This document shows positions 60,578 to 64,000 of a stretch of 64,000 nucleotides of DNA, one piece after another. Every line of letters starts with the position of its first letter. Position 1 is the first letter of the stretch. Source of the DNA: Mesotaenium endlicherianum (taxonomy: Eukaryota); assembly GCA_009602735.1 (NCBI GenBank), contig WELA01002297.1, positions 409,961-473,960 on the forward strand, given 5' to 3'. The notes under the pieces are model-generated. The model saw nothing but the letters and a program-made list of their open reading frames with translations. It searched no databases and was not told where the DNA came from. The position numbers and the translations under genes were made by a program.

Positions 60578-62293
60578 CTATTTCTTTTTCTTCACAAGCT
60601 CCTTCTTGAGCTTCACTTCCGAAGTGGTCAGTGTGGCACCCCTGCGCTTGTTACCTTTGCCTGCAATTCACACAAGCGAACGCTCTCATCAGCAGCATGG
60701 CCCAACTCGAGGTACAAAGTCCATTTTGCCAAGAGAGTGCATTTTTATTTCTCACTTGAAAAAGGCTTGTTGGATATCTGCAAAGGTTCCTCAACTTCTC
60801 CCTCCGCCCCCGCTTGCTGTGTAGTAGAGTGTACACCCGCACAAGAGACAAATGCATGAGTGTTAATGAAGCTGTCAGCAAGCGCACCTTCCATATAAAA
60901 TTGGACCTGAATTACCATGCCAGACCCGAGAGTAGATCGTACTTACAGCCTTCATAAAGGTCATGATCAACAATTCCATGGACGTCAATATTTCTGGCAT
61001 GTCGTCGACCTTTGCACCGTTTTTGATCAAGGTCTTCCAGGGTGTCGTATGAGTAGTCAAATGCCTGGCCATCTCTTCCCTCTTTGCATCGGATAACTCT
61101 ATTTGAGCTTCGCCGAGCGCGTACTCTGGAAGCTTCAAGAGCACACTGATCTTTGGGGCGATCAGCGCCCCGTTGTTCCTCTACTTAGTAGCCAACAACT
61201 GCAAGCTCGAAACAAACAAGCTGCGGTGAGAAGGATGAGATAGTAATAGGCTTAGGTGCATTCACAAAAATGATTTGCTTGGAAGGATGGGTCACTCATT
61301 AGTTTGAGAGGATGACACTCACGTCCTGGATCTCCTTGTGTAGCTGCGCTCCTACTGGATGCTGCTTGAACCTCAAAGCAAGGTCTGGAATGAGACGCTT
61401 CTTTCCCGCCGTCCAATCGTCCACTGCCTTGGTTGTTCTCTCAACTCTTAGTACCATCATCCTTTGGATGACCTCCACTACCTGAAGATCTATAGCGTTT
61501 TTGTTGAGCTCGATGTCCACCCATGCACATGTGCTGGTCCGCTTCAGTTTGAATACTTTTGCACAGCTGTCCGCCTGCACAAATCAAAAGAAAATTAGGA
61601 ATTCGTGACCACCACTGTGGAAACTCAAACCTGACCTAACAGAGCAAAATCAAAACATTGCAGACTTACCAGATTGTTTTTCTTAGGCTCAGGAGGTGTC
61701 CTGGGAGGCCACTTTGGGGCCCCACTTCCGTGGTTGATATCCTCTGCAATATTAAATATAGCGGTGCACATGTGTATCATTATCTTGTAATTCCTATCAG
61801 TTTCTGCATGAATGACCTTGAGCCAACCCGACATTGGAATTTCTTCATCCTCTGTAGCAACCTCGTCATCTGCAACTATATTTCTTAACACGCCCAGCAC
61901 AATGTCATTCTTGCTGTGCTCAGGCAGCGGCGATGTCGTCTTTGGTGTTTCCTCCGGTGTTCCCTCATCCTCCTCAGGAGTACTGCTAGTGGCAATGACC
62001 GATTTGGGCCTCGTTGATGGCCCCACTGAGGTGCAAATAGTGTTGGCCTTCAAGTCTTTGTGAAGAAAGTAAACACTCTCGCCTAAGTTGATAGCCTAAA
62101 CCAACATATGCCGATCCTTAATGCTCATCTTGGGGTGAGTCTTTCTCCTCTTCTTCACACTACCTTCCTCTTTCACTGGCCGTTGGTATTTGTGGCCGTA
62201 TACCTTGATTAGTGATCTAACTATCCTTATTCGAGCCCGTTTTTTTGCTTCCCGAGGAGGTTGCGTTCTTCTTATACTACCCCCACGATCCAT
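60578..62293 (-). pseudogene. Unrecognised 5-exon gene (62293-61670, 61574-61323, 61198-60947, 60777-60756, 60660-60578) with two in-frame TAG
   Basis: Four canonical introns (GTAAGT, GTGAGT, GTAAGT, GTGAGA ... TGCAG) keep a single ~410-codon frame; TAG at 62098-62096 and 61183-61181. Confidence 0.65.
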
Positions 62294-62749
62294 TGTCCTC
62301 CACTCGGGTTCATAAGTCGCCAATCATCCCTGACACGCCCTACATTTTGGCCAAAATAATGGAGGGAGAATTTTGAGATGGCAAACTTCAGAGGCAGTGT
62401 TCAACTTTCAAAACCTAATTTGTTGCGTGTTAGGTGCAGTGACCTGTAGGCGCAAACACAAGTGGCACCTGGGAGGTGATGTAATTGCAAGTTAAGTGAA
62501 GTAAAATTACAAATGAAATTGGCCAACGACCACATGTGACGCGCCAAAATATTGCATCATTTGGCGGTTATGCCTATGCCAATTACGGTATTTTGTTGTC
62601 ATTCTCTTTCGCGATGTAGGGCGTGTGCCCGACCCGATAATCCGATCAATTGAAGTCTGGAGGTACACCAAGTCCATATTTTTCTCGCGCTTGGTTGGTT
62701 ATTGCACAGAAGTCGGACGTGGTTGGACGCCTCTTGTCACCTTCGACAT

Positions 62750-63643
62750 CACATGCGACGTCCGATCACGTCCAATCGTCAAACCTGACCTCCTGTAACC
62801 CAAAAACAGGGTACGTGGCCAACGTGGACCACCGTGGACTGTGGCAAACCTTCAACCTCGTCCTTCTATACCCTCCCAAGCAAAAATGCTCATGCAGAGC
62901 CACGGCTTCATGCTAGTGGCTCATGTGATAATTCGTACAAGAGGCGCATTTACAATGCTCAATTTCTGTCCAATAGCATCCATTTCCGCCGTGACGTCCA
63001 CTCACAAAAGCTAAGCGATCAAACGTGCCTCGAGCAGACCGTGAAGGAAACCAGCGAATGTGATTCGAGAGCACTGCATCCTTCACCAAAAATGTGCATG
63101 CCGCATGGCGCATGGTGTGAATGCCTTGAGCTCAACGAGTGGCAAAGCTCATATGAAGACCTTTGCTCGAAGCTCGAAGCTCGAACACGAGCATGCATGG
63201 CAATAATCGAGCAAAAGAAGGATGCAAAACGGGTTCACCGGCTTCCATCTTTCATTAAATTATGCCATTCCAACAATCTCTGGCCTCCACTCTCCCATTT
63301 CTTCCCTCTTCCTACGGCTACCTTCATTCCAGGCATCTCTCAATTCCAAATATGAGGCCCTGTGGTTGAACGTGCTTCCATCCTCACACTAGGGTATGCA
63401 AAATATGCAAGGTTTTTCATAGGTCCTGTTCAGGATCTGGGGCGCACAGAGGATGACAAACTCCCACAATATGCAAATATTTTCCAATGCCTAGCCAATG
63501 GCCAAAAAATTGGTGTGCTGGTTATAGACAACGCCAGAATCAAGTATGTGAAGGAACCGTTGTACGGTATCACATACTTGATTGTGGGTTATCTCAAGGA
63601 CTTCCATGCTATGGTGTGTGAAGCTGCTCTGTCAAACGGCTGC
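62750..63643 (+). pseudogene. Unrecognised coding-like frame, disrupted and cut by an LTR
   Basis: ORFs 62834-63355 and 63362-63646 share a frame separated by one TGA; the frame ends at the LTR junction. Confidence 0.4.
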
Positions 63644-64000
63644 TGAAATGAATCGACTTACCAAAAAGGCGATTAGCAATTAGTTAACTTCTTTATATCA
63701 GCAAGTAATCTTCATGGTATTTCGTGTTGACTGATTAAACAGCAAAGGACAAGACACTAGCAGTGTACAATACTCGCGAGTCAAATGCAAGTAAACTACC
63801 ATCAATAATGCAACCAGTAAACTCATACATAAGCAAGGCTAGAAGACAATGCATATTAATGGCTTGTCGCCTTGGATCCAGATATCTCACAGTAAGCAGT
63901 ACAAGAGAGTTGGCCTCGTTTCCGAATGCCGAACTCGAGAGCATTCCTAGCATATGTACATGGAATGAGTTTACTGTTCAACGACAAGTGCGATGGCACC
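63644..64000 (-). repeat. Family A LTR (3' or solo), reverse orientation, runs off the window
   Basis: Reverse complement of ...TGGTAAGTCGATTCATTTCA; no PBS follows. Confidence 0.92.

Noticed and set aside
60578..62293. In-frame TAG codons as a sign of TAG/TAA-to-Gln recoding
   Set aside because: Paired TE copies show the same stops arising from CAG, CAA and TGG by transition, including TGA. The intact gene, gag and ORF3 have no internal TAR.

Overview
Eukaryotic, transposon-dense window, most consistent with a green alga or non-seed plant (spliceosomal introns, tRNA-Met-primed chromoviruses, DUF659-type hAT transposases); the organism cannot be fixed from sequence alone. Most of it is nested mobile DNA. 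(i) A hAT family with CAGGGTTACGCCG termini, including one complete 7.7-kb copy (21643-29305, 8-bp TSD) whose transposase has a single nonsense codon. (ii) At least three chromodomain-bearing Ty3/Gypsy families (A, B, C) and a fourth LTR/gag stub. Family B has a complete copy with an ACTTG TSD (31427-37544) and a solo LTR. Family A (11409-20325) has an intact gag, a -1 frameshift signal, a decayed pol and an unexplained open 421-aa ORF between pol and the 3' LTR, bracketed by two hairpin+PPT modules and preceded by a TACTAAC...TGCAG splice acceptor. One apparently intact 4-exon host gene (47753-51472) encodes a predicted type II membrane protein with only the N-terminal half of a bacterial-like GT4 fold fused to an unrecognised domain. 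A divergent pair of unrecognised pseudogenised genes lies at 60.6-63.6 kb. All assignments come from reading the sequence by eye; no database searches were run.
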